IMG/VR virus record: IMGVR_UViG_3300012921_000063
Location: 1 to 44,567 of that record
Source: a virus
Lineage: Duplodnaviria; Caudoviricetes
Direction: 5' to 3' (one strand)
DNA length: 44,567 bases
Positions 8,012-16,389 of this stretch are shown here, piece by piece (the stretch's first letter is position 1; the number at the start of each line of letters is the position of its first letter). Under the pieces are notes generated by a model. That model saw nothing but the letters and a program-made list of their open reading frames with translations. It was not told the origin of the DNA and ran no database searches. A program made the translations under genes and the position numbers.

Positions 8012-8167
8012 GCAGAACACCGGAAGCTCCCCCGTAGCGGCGAAGGGCGTCGGGAAAAACCCGACGCCGACGCTCGCTTTCTGAATCAACCGAGCCTTTC
8101 CCGCCACGGGAAACGACGCCGGAATTTCCCGGCGCGGGAAGGATTTTTGTCTTTGGAAGTCAACACG

Positions 8168-8638
8168 ATGACCGAGTGGACCGAGCGCTGGCACGTACGC
8201 TTTCGAGCCGCGCAGCGCGACCTGATCGATGCGTGCGGCGGCATCGAGCGCGTCGCCGAGCTGACGTCCTACGGCAAGTCGACGGTGGGGCGCTGGCGCA
8301 GCCCCGGCGACCGCGACGAGATGCCCCGGCCGGTCATCCTGACGCTCGAGGCCGATTGCGGCCGGCCGCTGATCACGCGGCTGATGAACGAGTTCAACGG
8401 GCTGACGCTGGCCGAGAAGGGTGCCGGCAGCGAGGCCGTTGCCGGGCTGGAAACGCTGGCCGCTTCGCTCGTCGAGCAGTCGGGCCGCTTCGTGGTCGAG
8501 ACCATCCGCGCACGCGGCGACGGCGTGGTGACGCCGAGCGAAGCTGACCAGCTGCGCGCCATCCAGGCGCAGGTCGGCCGGCTCAACGACCAGATCGCCG
8601 ACGCGCTGGCGGGCATACGGTCGGGAGGGCAGGGCTGA
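8168..8638 (+). CDS. CII-like phage regulatory protein
   Basis: RDLIDACGGIERVAELTSYGKSTVGRW HTH; DGVVTPSEA C-terminal motif; position after cro. Confidence 0.7.
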   Translation: MTEWTERWHVRFRAAQRDLIDACGGIERVAELTSYGKSTVGRWRSPGDRDEMPRPVILTLEADCGRPLITRLMNEFNGLTLAEKGAGSEAVAGLETLAASLVEQSGRFVVETIRARGDGVVTPSEADQLRAIQAQVGRLNDQIADALAGIRSGGQG

Positions 8639-8982
8639 TGCTGCGCTCGATCCGCTTCTGGGTGCTGCTGGCGCTGTTCTATCTGCTCGTCGTCGGCGGG
8701 CCGGTGATCTGGTTCATGACCCGGCCGGCCTGGCCGCATGATGCGCCGAGGGGCTGGTCTTATCCGTTCTCCTGCTGCTCCGGCTACGACTGCCGCGAGG
8801 TGAGGAAGTCGGCCATCGGCGAGCGCCCGAGCGGTTACGTCATCAACGGCACGGGCGAGGTCATCCCCTACGGCGACAGCCGGGTGAAGGAATCACCGGA
8901 CGGCGAGTTCCATTGGTGCTCGGTCGCCGGGAAGGATGACGGCAAGACGATCTGCCTGTTCGTGCCGCCGCGGTCGTTCTGA
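8638..8982 (+). CDS. Exported Cys-rich small protein
   Basis: N-terminal TM/signal, then HDAPRGWSYPFSCCSGYDC...FHWC...TICLFVPP. Confidence 0.75.
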   Translation: MLRSIRFWVLLALFYLLVVGGPVIWFMTRPAWPHDAPRGWSYPFSCCSGYDCREVRKSAIGERPSGYVINGTGEVIPYGDSRVKESPDGEFHWCSVAGKDDGKTICLFVPPRSF

Positions 8983-10541
8983 TGACGACGCTCGCCCTCC
9001 CGCCACCCGCCGAGATCAAGGCGCATCCGCTCGCCGAGCTGTTCCCCATGCTGCCCGATCAGGAGATCGCGGAGCTGGCGGACGACATCGTGACCTACGG
9101 CCAGCGCGTGCCGATCGTCATCCACGAGATGATGGTGCTTGACGGGCGCAACCGGCTCGCCGCCTGCCTGTTCGCGCAGGTCGAGCCGGTTTTCGAGTTC
9201 TACGAAGGCGATGATCCGCTCGGCTTCGTGCTGTCGCACAATCTGCACCGGCGGCACCTGACGGCCAGCCAGCGCGCCATGGTCGCGGCGTCGATCGTCG
9301 ACTGGGAGCATGGGCTCAACCAGAACACGGCCGGGTCAGCAAATTTGCCGACCCGGAAAGCGGCCGAGCGGCTGTCGATCAGCGAGCGCGCGGTCATTGC
9401 GGCCAAGCGCATCCGGGAGCACGGCTCGGCGGAATTGGTGCAGGCGATCCGCGACGGGCGGGTTTCGGTTCACGCCGGCGAGGCGCTGTCGGACTTGGCG
9501 CACGAGGCGCAGCGCGAGGCGCTTGCCGCGGAAGAGCGCGAGATCATCCGGCGGGCGAAGGAAATCCGCGCGGCACGGCAGGAGCTGCGCCACGCCGAGC
9601 GGCTGGCGAACATGGAGCGCATCGCCGCGGCCGGGCGGCCGGCCGCGCCGCGCAAGCTCGACCGGCTCTATGCGGTCTACCACGCCGACCCGCCCTGGCG
9701 CTTCGCCGTGCACTCGGAAACGACCGGCCGGGAGAAGAGCGCGGAAAACCACTATCCGACCATGGCGACGGAAGAGATCGCCGCGCTGCTGGCCGAACTG
9801 ATCGGCGGGGAATCGCCCGCCGTCTTCTTCTGCTGGGCCACCAACCCGATGCTGCCCGACGCGCTGAAGGTGCTTGCCGCCTGCGGCTTCACCTATGTGC
9901 ACCATTGGGTCTGGGACAAGGAAGTCGCCGGCACCGGCTTCTGGGGCCGCGACCGGCACGAGCTGCTGCTGATCGGCCGCCGTGGCGACGTCGCCTCACC
10001 TTTGCCCGGCTCGCAGCCGGAAACGGTGTTCCGGGTGAAGAAGGGCAGGCACTCGGCCAAGCCGGACGTCTTTGCGGAGACGATTGAAAAGCTGTTTCCG
10101 GGCGTGTCGCGGCTGGAGCTTTTCGCGCGGCGCGCGCGGCCGGGCTGGGATGCGTGGGGCTTTGAAGCTGCCGGTGAAAGAATCCGGTCGGCGCAGGATG
10201 AGCCGATGGAGCCCTCGCCAGCGACCGGACAGCCGCCGGTAGGCGAGGGCTCCCCCGATCCAGAGGAAGCGCTGCTCTACGCGCAGTCCGTCGTGGAGGG
10301 AAGGATATCGGCGCGCCGGCTCCAGCGCCGCCTGCAGATCGACTACGGCAGCGCGCGGGCGCTTCTTGATCTGGCGAGCGAGCGCGATGTCTCCCCGCGA
10401 CTGATCGAGTTGATCGTCACGGGCATGCAGAGCGAAGCGGGGCGGCAGGCGCTCATCGCGGCGCTCGACATCATGATTGAGGGCGAGGCGGGCGGCGAGG
10501 CGGACCATGATGCGCCGCCCGCCGGAGCGGTGCCGGCATGA
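8982..10541 (+). CDS. ParB-like domain plus MT-A70 family adenine methyltransferase plus C-terminal FtsK-gamma-like winged helix
   Basis: VLDGRNRL / SHNLHRRHLT (ParB-like); ADPPW, AENHYPTM, HELLLIG, HSAKP, LELFAR, GWDAWGFE (MT-A70); ISARRLQRRLQIDYGSARALLD. Confidence 0.85.
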   Translation: MTTLALPPPAEIKAHPLAELFPMLPDQEIAELADDIVTYGQRVPIVIHEMMVLDGRNRLAACLFAQVEPVFEFYEGDDPLGFVLSHNLHRRHLTASQRAMVAASIVDWEHGLNQNTAGSANLPTRKAAERLSISERAVIAAKRIREHGSAELVQAIRDGRVSVHAGEALSDLAHEAQREALAAEEREIIRRAKEIRAARQELRHAERLANMERIAAAGRPAAPRKLDRLYAVYHADPPWRFAVHSETTGREKSAENHYPTMATEEIAALLAELIGGESPAVFFCWATNPMLPDALKVLAACGFTYVHHWVWDKEVAGTGFWGRDRHELLLIGRRGDVASPLPGSQPETVFRVKKGRHSAKPDVFAETIEKLFPGVSRLELFARRARPGWDAWGFEAAGERIRSAQDEPMEPSPATGQPPVGEGSPDPEEALLYAQSVVEGRISARRLQRRLQIDYGSARALLDLASERDVSPRLIELIVTGMQSEAGRQALIAALDIMIEGEAGGEADHDAPPAGAVPA

Positions 10542-11251
10542 GCTCAGATCGTCAGGTGATCGGGCTTCTGGGCGAGCAGCTCGAGGTGCTCGTATTTCGC
10601 GCCGATGATGCGGAGCTTGATCCGCGCGCCGACCGGAATTCTGAAGATGCCCTGAATCTCTCCCTCGTCAGGTCCGAACATCTGGACCTGAACCCGAACG
10701 GAGGGAGCCGGTTGGTTGCGGTCCGTCCAGCCGCCGATGGTGAAGGAGGTCGGGACCTGTCCTGGCCGGCCGAAGTCAGCAATTCGTTTCGAATTCAGTT
10801 TGGGGTCGAAAAACTCGGACTCGCCGAACCGGACGCCTTCGATCGGCAGGATGTCGATGATCTCGATCGTCCGTCGGTTCCAGTTCGTTATGACGACGTC
10901 GACCTGACCAAAATGCGCGGTCCGTTCCAACTCGGCAGTCGGAAAGGCGTCGCCAATCTGGAAGGCTGTCTGGCGGCGCGTCTCGCGCATCTGGCCGGCG
11001 AGATAGACGATCGTGGCGCCGGCCGCGATTGCCGCCGCCCAGCCGCTGAGAGCGCCGATCCACTCGCGCAAGCAATCCGCCTCGCCGGCGATGCACCAAT
11101 CGGCGCGCACGATGGCAAAGTCGGAAATCGCGAGGAAGGCGAAGCCGCCCAGCGCGCCAGCGCAGAACAGTACGATGAAATCTCCGGTGCCCATCTCCCG
11201 CATGGATGGCTGAATAGCACGGCGGCTACGATCTTCGCGAGGGCCGCATGA
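10538..11251 (+). other. Sense 'bridge' ORF 2 (237 codons); coding status uncertain
   Basis: ATGA overlaps at 10538-10541 and 11248-11251; in register with the antisense gene. Confidence 0.4.
10544..11203 (-). CDS. Antisense accessory gene: membrane protein with two N-terminal TM segments and a beta-rich C-terminal domain
   Basis: FIVLFCAGALGGFAFLAI and WIGALSGWAAAIAAGATIVYL, then a globular domain. Confidence 0.75.
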   Translation of the reverse strand: MREMGTGDFIVLFCAGALGGFAFLAISDFAIVRADWCIAGEADCLREWIGALSGWAAAIAAGATIVYLAGQMRETRRQTAFQIGDAFPTAELERTAHFGQVDVVITNWNRRTIEIIDILPIEGVRFGESEFFDPKLNSKRIADFGRPGQVPTSFTIGGWTDRNQPAPSVRVQVQMFGPDEGEIQGIFRIPVGARIKLRIIGAKYEHLELLAQKPDHLTI

Positions 11252-13863
11252 ACGCGCATGCCGGCGATCCCTATCTCGATTTCCTGCGCGGCAAGATCAA
11301 GCTGGCCGAGCTTGCCGGTTTCCATGTCGAGGCCGACGAGATCAATCCACGGCTGGCGCCGCACTGCCGCGCGATCGTGAAGTGGGCGGCGAGCGGCGGC
11401 TGCCGCGCGATCTTCGCCAGCTTCGGCCTGCACAAGACCTCCATGCAGATCGAGCTGATGCGGCTCGTCGGGCTGCGCCACAAGGGGCCGCGGCTGATCG
11501 TGATCCCGCTCGGGGTGCGGCACGAATTCTTCGCCGAGGTCGAAGAGCGGTTCACCGGCGAGCATGCGGCGACGCTGCGCTTCGTGCGGCGCGACGGCGA
11601 CATCGACTGGGACGACGATTCCGTCATCTGGCTCGCCAACTACGAGAGCGTGCGCGACGGCAAGATCGACGTGTCGCGCTTCGTCGCCGCCTCGCTCGAC
11701 GAGGCGGCCGTGCTGCGCGGCTACGGCACGAAGACCTTCCAGACGTTCCTGCCGCTGTTCGAGAAGGTGCGCTTCAAGTTCGTCGCCACCGCGACGCCCT
11801 CGCCGAACCGGACGAAGGAGCTGATCCACTATGCCGGCTTCCTCGGCATCATGGACACCGGCCAGGCGCTGACGCGCTTCTTCCAGCGCAACTCGGAGAC
11901 CGCCGGCGACCTGACGCTCTATGCGCACAAGGTCGACGAGTTCTGGATGTGGGTGCACAGCTGGGCCGTCTTCCTGCAGAGCCCGGCCGACCTCGGCTTT
12001 CCCGACGAGGGCTATCGGCTGCCGCCGGTGACCGTGCGCTGGCACGAGGTGCCGATCGACCACGGCACGGCCGGCTACGATCGCGACGGGCAGGGCCTGC
12101 TGTTGCGCAACACGGCGCTCGGCGTCAGCCAGGCGTCGGCGGCGAAGCGGGACAGCCTGGCGGCGCGCATCGGCAAGATGGTCGAGCTGATCGCGGAAGA
12201 GCCGGAGGCGCACCGCGTGCTCTGGCACGACCTCGAGGCGGAGCGCGAGGCGATCGAGGCGGCGGTTCCCGGCGTGCGTTCGATCTACGGCTCTCAGGAC
12301 CTAGACGCCAACGAGGCGACCGCCGTCGGCTTCAAGGAAGGGCGTTTCAAAAACCTCGCCACCAAGCCGGAGATGAGCGGGGCGGGCAACAACTTTCAGA
12401 AGCACTGCCACCGCGCGATCTTCGTCGGCATCGGCTTCAAGTTCCACGACTTCATACAGGCCGTCCATCGGATCGTGCGCTTCGGGCAGCATCACGCCTG
12501 CACGATCGACATCATCTATTCGGAGGCCGAGCGCGAGGTGCGCCGCAGCCTCGAGGGCAAGTGGGCCGAGCACGAAACCATGATGGCGCGGATGGCCGAG
12601 ATCATCCGCAGATACGGACTGTCGGGCCTGCCCGTCGACGAGGTGCTGACGCGCTCGATCGGCGTGACGCGCCGGGTGGAAGAGGGGGCGCTGTTCCGCA
12701 TCGCACACAATGACGCGGTGGACGAGGCGCAGCGGACAGCGAGCGCGTCGGTCGGGCAGATCGTGACCTCGATCCCCTTCGCCAACCACTTCGAATATTG
12801 CGCCAGCTACAATGATTTCGGTCACACCGAAGACAACGGCCATTTCTGGCGCCAGATGGATTTCCTGACGCCGGAGCTCTTCCGGATCCTGATGCCCGGC
12901 CGGCTGGCCTGCATCCACGTGAAGGACCGGGTGCTGTTCGGCAACGTCACCGGCGAAGGCGTGCCGACGATCTCGCCGTTCCACGCCGAGGCGATCTTTC
13001 ACTACCTGCAGCACGGCTTCCAGTATTTCGGCATGATCACCGTCGTCACCGACGTGGTGCGCGAGAACAACCAGACCTATCGGCTCAGCTATTCGGAGAT
13101 GATGAAGGACGCCACGAAGATGGGCGTCGGGTGTCCCGAATACGTGCTGCTCTTCCGCCGCCCGCAAAGCGACCAGACACGAGGCTACGCCGACCTGCCG
13201 GTCGAGCACGACAAGCCGCTGGTGATCGCGGCCGACGGCAGCCACGAGCGATGGAGCGACGGCGACAAGCGCAGCCAGGTGGCCGGCAGCGGTTATACTT
13301 TGGCGCGGTGGCAGCTCGACGCCCATTCCTTCTGGCCTTCGTCCGGCAACCGGCTGCTCGTCACCGCCGAACTGGTGAAGCTGGGCAGCAAATCGACCAC
13401 CCATCTGTTCAAGAAGATTTTCGAGGATGGCGGCCCGCCATACGATTTCGACGCGCATGTGCGGCTCGGCGAAGAGCTGGCGGAGCGGGACAGCATCTCG
13501 AAGACCTACATGACGCTCGACCCGCCGTCGAAACATCCGGCGGTGTGGAGCGACGTGGTGCGCATGCTGACGCTGAATGGGCAGCAGGCGCAGAAGAACC
13601 TCGAAAAGCACGTCTGCCCGCTGCAGTTCGACATCGTCGACCGGCTGATCGACCGCTACTCGAATGCCGGCGAGGTCATCTACGACCCGTTCGGCGGGCT
13701 GATGACGGTGCCCTACCGCGCCATCCTGAAAGGCCGGCGCGGCCAGGCCTCGGAACTTTCCGCAACCTACTTCCATGACGGGCTGCACTACTGCCGCCAG
13801 GCCGAAGCCAGGCGGGCCGTGCCCGACATGTTCGCCATGCTCGAAACGGAGGCGGCGGCATGA
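11248..13863 (+). CDS. SNF2-like helicase fused to an N4C/N6A DNA methyltransferase
   Basis: ASFGLHKT, SLDEAA, ATATPSPN, QAVHRIVRFGQ (helicase); VTSIPF (motif IV), KHVCPLQ, YDPFGG (motif I). Confidence 0.88.
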   Translation: MNAHAGDPYLDFLRGKIKLAELAGFHVEADEINPRLAPHCRAIVKWAASGGCRAIFASFGLHKTSMQIELMRLVGLRHKGPRLIVIPLGVRHEFFAEVEERFTGEHAATLRFVRRDGDIDWDDDSVIWLANYESVRDGKIDVSRFVAASLDEAAVLRGYGTKTFQTFLPLFEKVRFKFVATATPSPNRTKELIHYAGFLGIMDTGQALTRFFQRNSETAGDLTLYAHKVDEFWMWVHSWAVFLQSPADLGFPDEGYRLPPVTVRWHEVPIDHGTAGYDRDGQGLLLRNTALGVSQASAAKRDSLAARIGKMVELIAEEPEAHRVLWHDLEAEREAIEAAVPGVRSIYGSQDLDANEATAVGFKEGRFKNLATKPEMSGAGNNFQKHCHRAIFVGIGFKFHDFIQAVHRIVRFGQHHACTIDIIYSEAEREVRRSLEGKWAEHETMMARMAEIIRRYGLSGLPVDEVLTRSIGVTRRVEEGALFRIAHNDAVDEAQRTASASVGQIVTSIPFANHFEYCASYNDFGHTEDNGHFWRQMDFLTPELFRILMPGRLACIHVKDRVLFGNVTGEGVPTISPFHAEAIFHYLQHGFQYFGMITVVTDVVRENNQTYRLSYSEMMKDATKMGVGCPEYVLLFRRPQSDQTRGYADLPVEHDKPLVIAADGSHERWSDGDKRSQVAGSGYTLARWQLDAHSFWPSSGNRLLVTAELVKLGSKSTTHLFKKIFEDGGPPYDFDAHVRLGEELAERDSISKTYMTLDPPSKHPAVWSDVVRMLTLNGQQAQKNLEKHVCPLQFDIVDRLIDRYSNAGEVIYDPFGGLMTVPYRAILKGRRGQASELSATYFHDGLHYCRQAEARRAVPDMFAMLETEAAA

Positions 13864-14138
13864 TGGTTCGACAGGCTCACCACAGGCTCCCCGACTTCTC
13901 GCCTCTGATGCTGCGCTTCTTCCTGCATGCCCGGCACCGGCATTCGGGCAGCAAGGCGCCGGCGACCAAAGCGCTCAACCCGCTGCGCAAGGTCGCTGGC
14001 GTCGATGTCTTCGAGATGCGCGCGGCCATCGCCGGGCACCTCGATAAGGCAGAGCCGCGCGTGAAGCTTTGGGCTGCGCTCGGCCATGTCGTCGCCGATC
14101 ACGGAATCACTCTGACCGATGATGGAGGGCAGCGATGA
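13860..14138 (+). CDS. Hypothetical protein
   Basis: ATGA-coupled on both sides. Confidence 0.7.
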   Translation: MMVRQAHHRLPDFSPLMLRFFLHARHRHSGSKAPATKALNPLRKVAGVDVFEMRAAIAGHLDKAEPRVKLWAALGHVVADHGITLTDDGGQR

Positions 14139-14401
14139 GGGCCGCGTTCGACTGGCGGCGCTTCGGCCGCGACGTGCTTGAAGCCATCGGAGGCCGGCCG
14201 CTTCGCCAGCTCGCAGAAGAGATCGGCGTGACCGCGACCGACCTGTCTCGCGCATCCTCCGGAACGAATGTCGGCATCGAGAAGGTGCTCGCCATGTGCG
14301 ACGCCTTCGGCCTTTCCGAGCGCCGCTACTTCCTTCCACCCGATCCAACGAAATCAACACGTTGCACCTCAGCACACGTGAAACACGAGGCACGGGCATG
14401 A
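14135..14401 (+). CDS. XRE-type HTH protein
   Basis: LRQLAEEIGVTATDLSRASSG...VLAMCDAFGL. Confidence 0.78.
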   Translation: MRAAFDWRRFGRDVLEAIGGRPLRQLAEEIGVTATDLSRASSGTNVGIEKVLAMCDAFGLSERRYFLPPDPTKSTRCTSAHVKHEARA

Positions 14402-14982
14402 CCAGTGGATTTCCGGCGCAGCAGGCTTGGGTTTGCGGGCTGACGATCATGCAGCAGTCGGTGCTCTTCGCCGCGATCCGGGCACCCGACGGCATCCGGA
14501 AGGATCATCCGGCGAAGGTGTTGCTGCGTTGGTACCGCCGCTGCATCCTCGTCTCCGCCTTTGACGGAAAAGCGCTGACCGACCCATTCGTCCGTGGTGG
14601 CGGAAGCTTCACTGGCCCGTACGAAATCCATCATGCGGCGGCTTTCGATCCGGGCTTCACCTCAGGCGCGCGTCGCGCTCTTGAAGACGGCAATGTCGAG
14701 GTCTGGGACCGCCTAAAGGCCGCATCATTCGACAGTCAGCGCGACACCTACCTCAGGCACGTCGACGAACTGCCGCATCACTTCCAGCTGCACTTCATGC
14801 ATGCCGCCGAGATCGTCGGCTTCAAGCATCCGGATTCTGCCATCCGGACTTGGTGGCGGGAATTCTACGAGATGCTTGTCAACGACGCGCATCTGTTCCC
14901 GGAAACCGAAGAGCAGATGGACGAGCGGCTGAGCGATTTCGAGCCGGCTTGGCGCGCGCGCGAAAAGGTGTTTGCGCGATGA
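14398..14982 (+). CDS. Phage hypothetical protein with a His cluster
   Basis: ATGA-coupled start MTSGF; QQSVLFAAIRAPDG...HVDELPHHFQLHFMHAAEI. Confidence 0.78.
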   Translation: MTSGFPAQQAWVCGLTIMQQSVLFAAIRAPDGIRKDHPAKVLLRWYRRCILVSAFDGKALTDPFVRGGGSFTGPYEIHHAAAFDPGFTSGARRALEDGNVEVWDRLKAASFDSQRDTYLRHVDELPHHFQLHFMHAAEIVGFKHPDSAIRTWWREFYEMLVNDAHLFPETEEQMDERLSDFEPAWRAREKVFAR

Positions 14983-15287
14983 CGCACGCCACCGACAGCA
15001 TGAACCCGTTCGTCCGGCAGATGTACGACGCGGCCGACGATCGCGCGCGGGCGGCGGTGCTGCTCATGGTGCCCGACAAGTATCTGGCGATGTACCGGCC
15101 GCTGTTCGAACGGGCCTGCCGGCGCGCCGGCTTCGACCTCGGCCTGAGCTTCATCGCCGTGCGGCGCTCCGAGTGGAACGCCGTGCGCGGCCCCGACGGC
15201 CGGCACAAGCAGCCGCTGTTCGACCAGGCCCGGCGGGAGATGGCGAGCTATGCCTGCGGCGGGCCGGGTGACCGGGAGCGGGCATGA
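14979..15287 (+). CDS. Hypothetical protein
   Basis: ATGA-coupled start MTHATDS. Confidence 0.7.
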   Translation: MTHATDSMNPFVRQMYDAADDRARAAVLLMVPDKYLAMYRPLFERACRRAGFDLGLSFIAVRRSEWNAVRGPDGRHKQPLFDQARREMASYACGGPGDRERA

Positions 15288-15805
15288 GCTATCAGCCCAA
15301 ATGGCCGGCCTCGGCTCCGGACGAATTGCGCAGCCAGGCCGTCGTCGAGGCGCTCGGCGCGGTCGAGGCGCGCCGGCTGGCGACCGTGCTCGGCAAGGCG
15401 GAGGCTGCGGCACGCGCGCGCCTGGCCGAAGCGGCGAAGGCGGTCGAGCAGGCGCAGATCGATGCGACGCGGCTGATCGACGAGGCGAAGGCCGAAGCCG
15501 AGGCGATCATTGCCGGCCTGCCGGATTTCGCCGCGATCGAGGCGGCTCCGGCATCCGACGGCAACAGCGCGATGCGCGCGATCCGCGACGCCGCCGACCG
15601 GCAGGGCATCGCGCTCGCCGCCGTCATCGGCACGTCGCAGAATCCGAAGGCGAAGCTGGCGCGGCTCGAGGCGGCGCTGCGCGTCGCCGAGGCGTGCCCG
15701 ACGCTGACCAATCGGCAGCTGGGCCGGATGTTCAAGCGCTCGGGACCGGCCTTCGCCTGGCTGCTGCGCAAGGCCAAAGAGGCCAGACGGCGAGGCGAGA
15801 TATGA
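15284..15805 (+). CDS. Coiled coil plus DnaA C-terminal-like HTH protein
   Basis: ARLEAALRV...LTNRQLGRMFKRS resembles the DnaA domain IV pattern. Confidence 0.6.
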   Translation: MSYQPKWPASAPDELRSQAVVEALGAVEARRLATVLGKAEAAARARLAEAAKAVEQAQIDATRLIDEAKAEAEAIIAGLPDFAAIEAAPASDGNSAMRAIRDAADRQGIALAAVIGTSQNPKAKLARLEAALRVAEACPTLTNRQLGRMFKRSGPAFAWLLRKAKEARRRGEI

Positions 15806-16389
15806 GCGCGCCCGCCATCCGGATCGCCGGCTTCGAGCAGCGCTGGCTGTTCGACCGGGGCAGCGGCGAATGGTCGGAAGTCAGCATGCGCGGCGGCATC
15901 GCCATCGTGCCGGCGCGCGCGCTCGACGAGTTCGGGACGCGCGCGGCGATCGAGCGGCACGAGGCGGAGAAGAGCCGCGCCTGGCACAGCTCCGAGATGG
16001 CGCTGCATCGCTCGCTGCAGAAGCGCGATGTCGAGCCGGTGATCCGCAGCGGCTGGGCGCTGCACCATTTCGGCAGCGGCCGGCGGCTGACGCCGGCGGG
16101 CTGGCTGTTCGACCGGATCGAGGATGCGGCCGACGCGGCCGAGGCGCTGCTCGCCGACGAATGGGGAGCGTATTTCGAGGGGCACCTCGCCGACATTCAG
16201 CATTTCGGGCTGTGGGTCATCGGCGTGCACCGCTCGCACGGCTGCTTCACCGGGCGGCATCATCACCTCGCCGTGCTCGACGCGGCGATCGACCAGGGCG
16301 CCTATGAGACGAGGCTCGCCGCGCTGCGCAGCGGGCAGGCCTGCGAGCGCTGGCGCATCGCCGATCCGGTGCAGGGGAGGGCGGCGTGA
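15802..16389 (+). CDS. Hypothetical protein
   Basis: ATGA-coupled start MSAPAIRIAG. Confidence 0.65.
   Translation: MSAPAIRIAGFEQRWLFDRGSGEWSEVSMRGGIAIVPARALDEFGTRAAIERHEAEKSRAWHSSEMALHRSLQKRDVEPVIRSGWALHHFGSGRRLTPAGWLFDRIEDAADAAEALLADEWGAYFEGHLADIQHFGLWVIGVHRSHGCFTGRHHHLAVLDAAIDQGAYETRLAALRSGQACERWRIADPVQGRAA

Noticed and set aside
9338-9348. Extra CI operator (gcaaatttgcc)
   Set aside because: Half-sites are in the wrong orientation relative to TTGCCA-NN-TGGCAA; it lies in coding sequence (SANLP)
12301-13788. Long antisense ORFs opposite core genes (also 22679-24226, 24984-26192, 34241-35740, 36205-37800)
   Set aside because: Typical high-GC shadow frames with no motifs or RBS; the plus-strand genes are clearly recognisable
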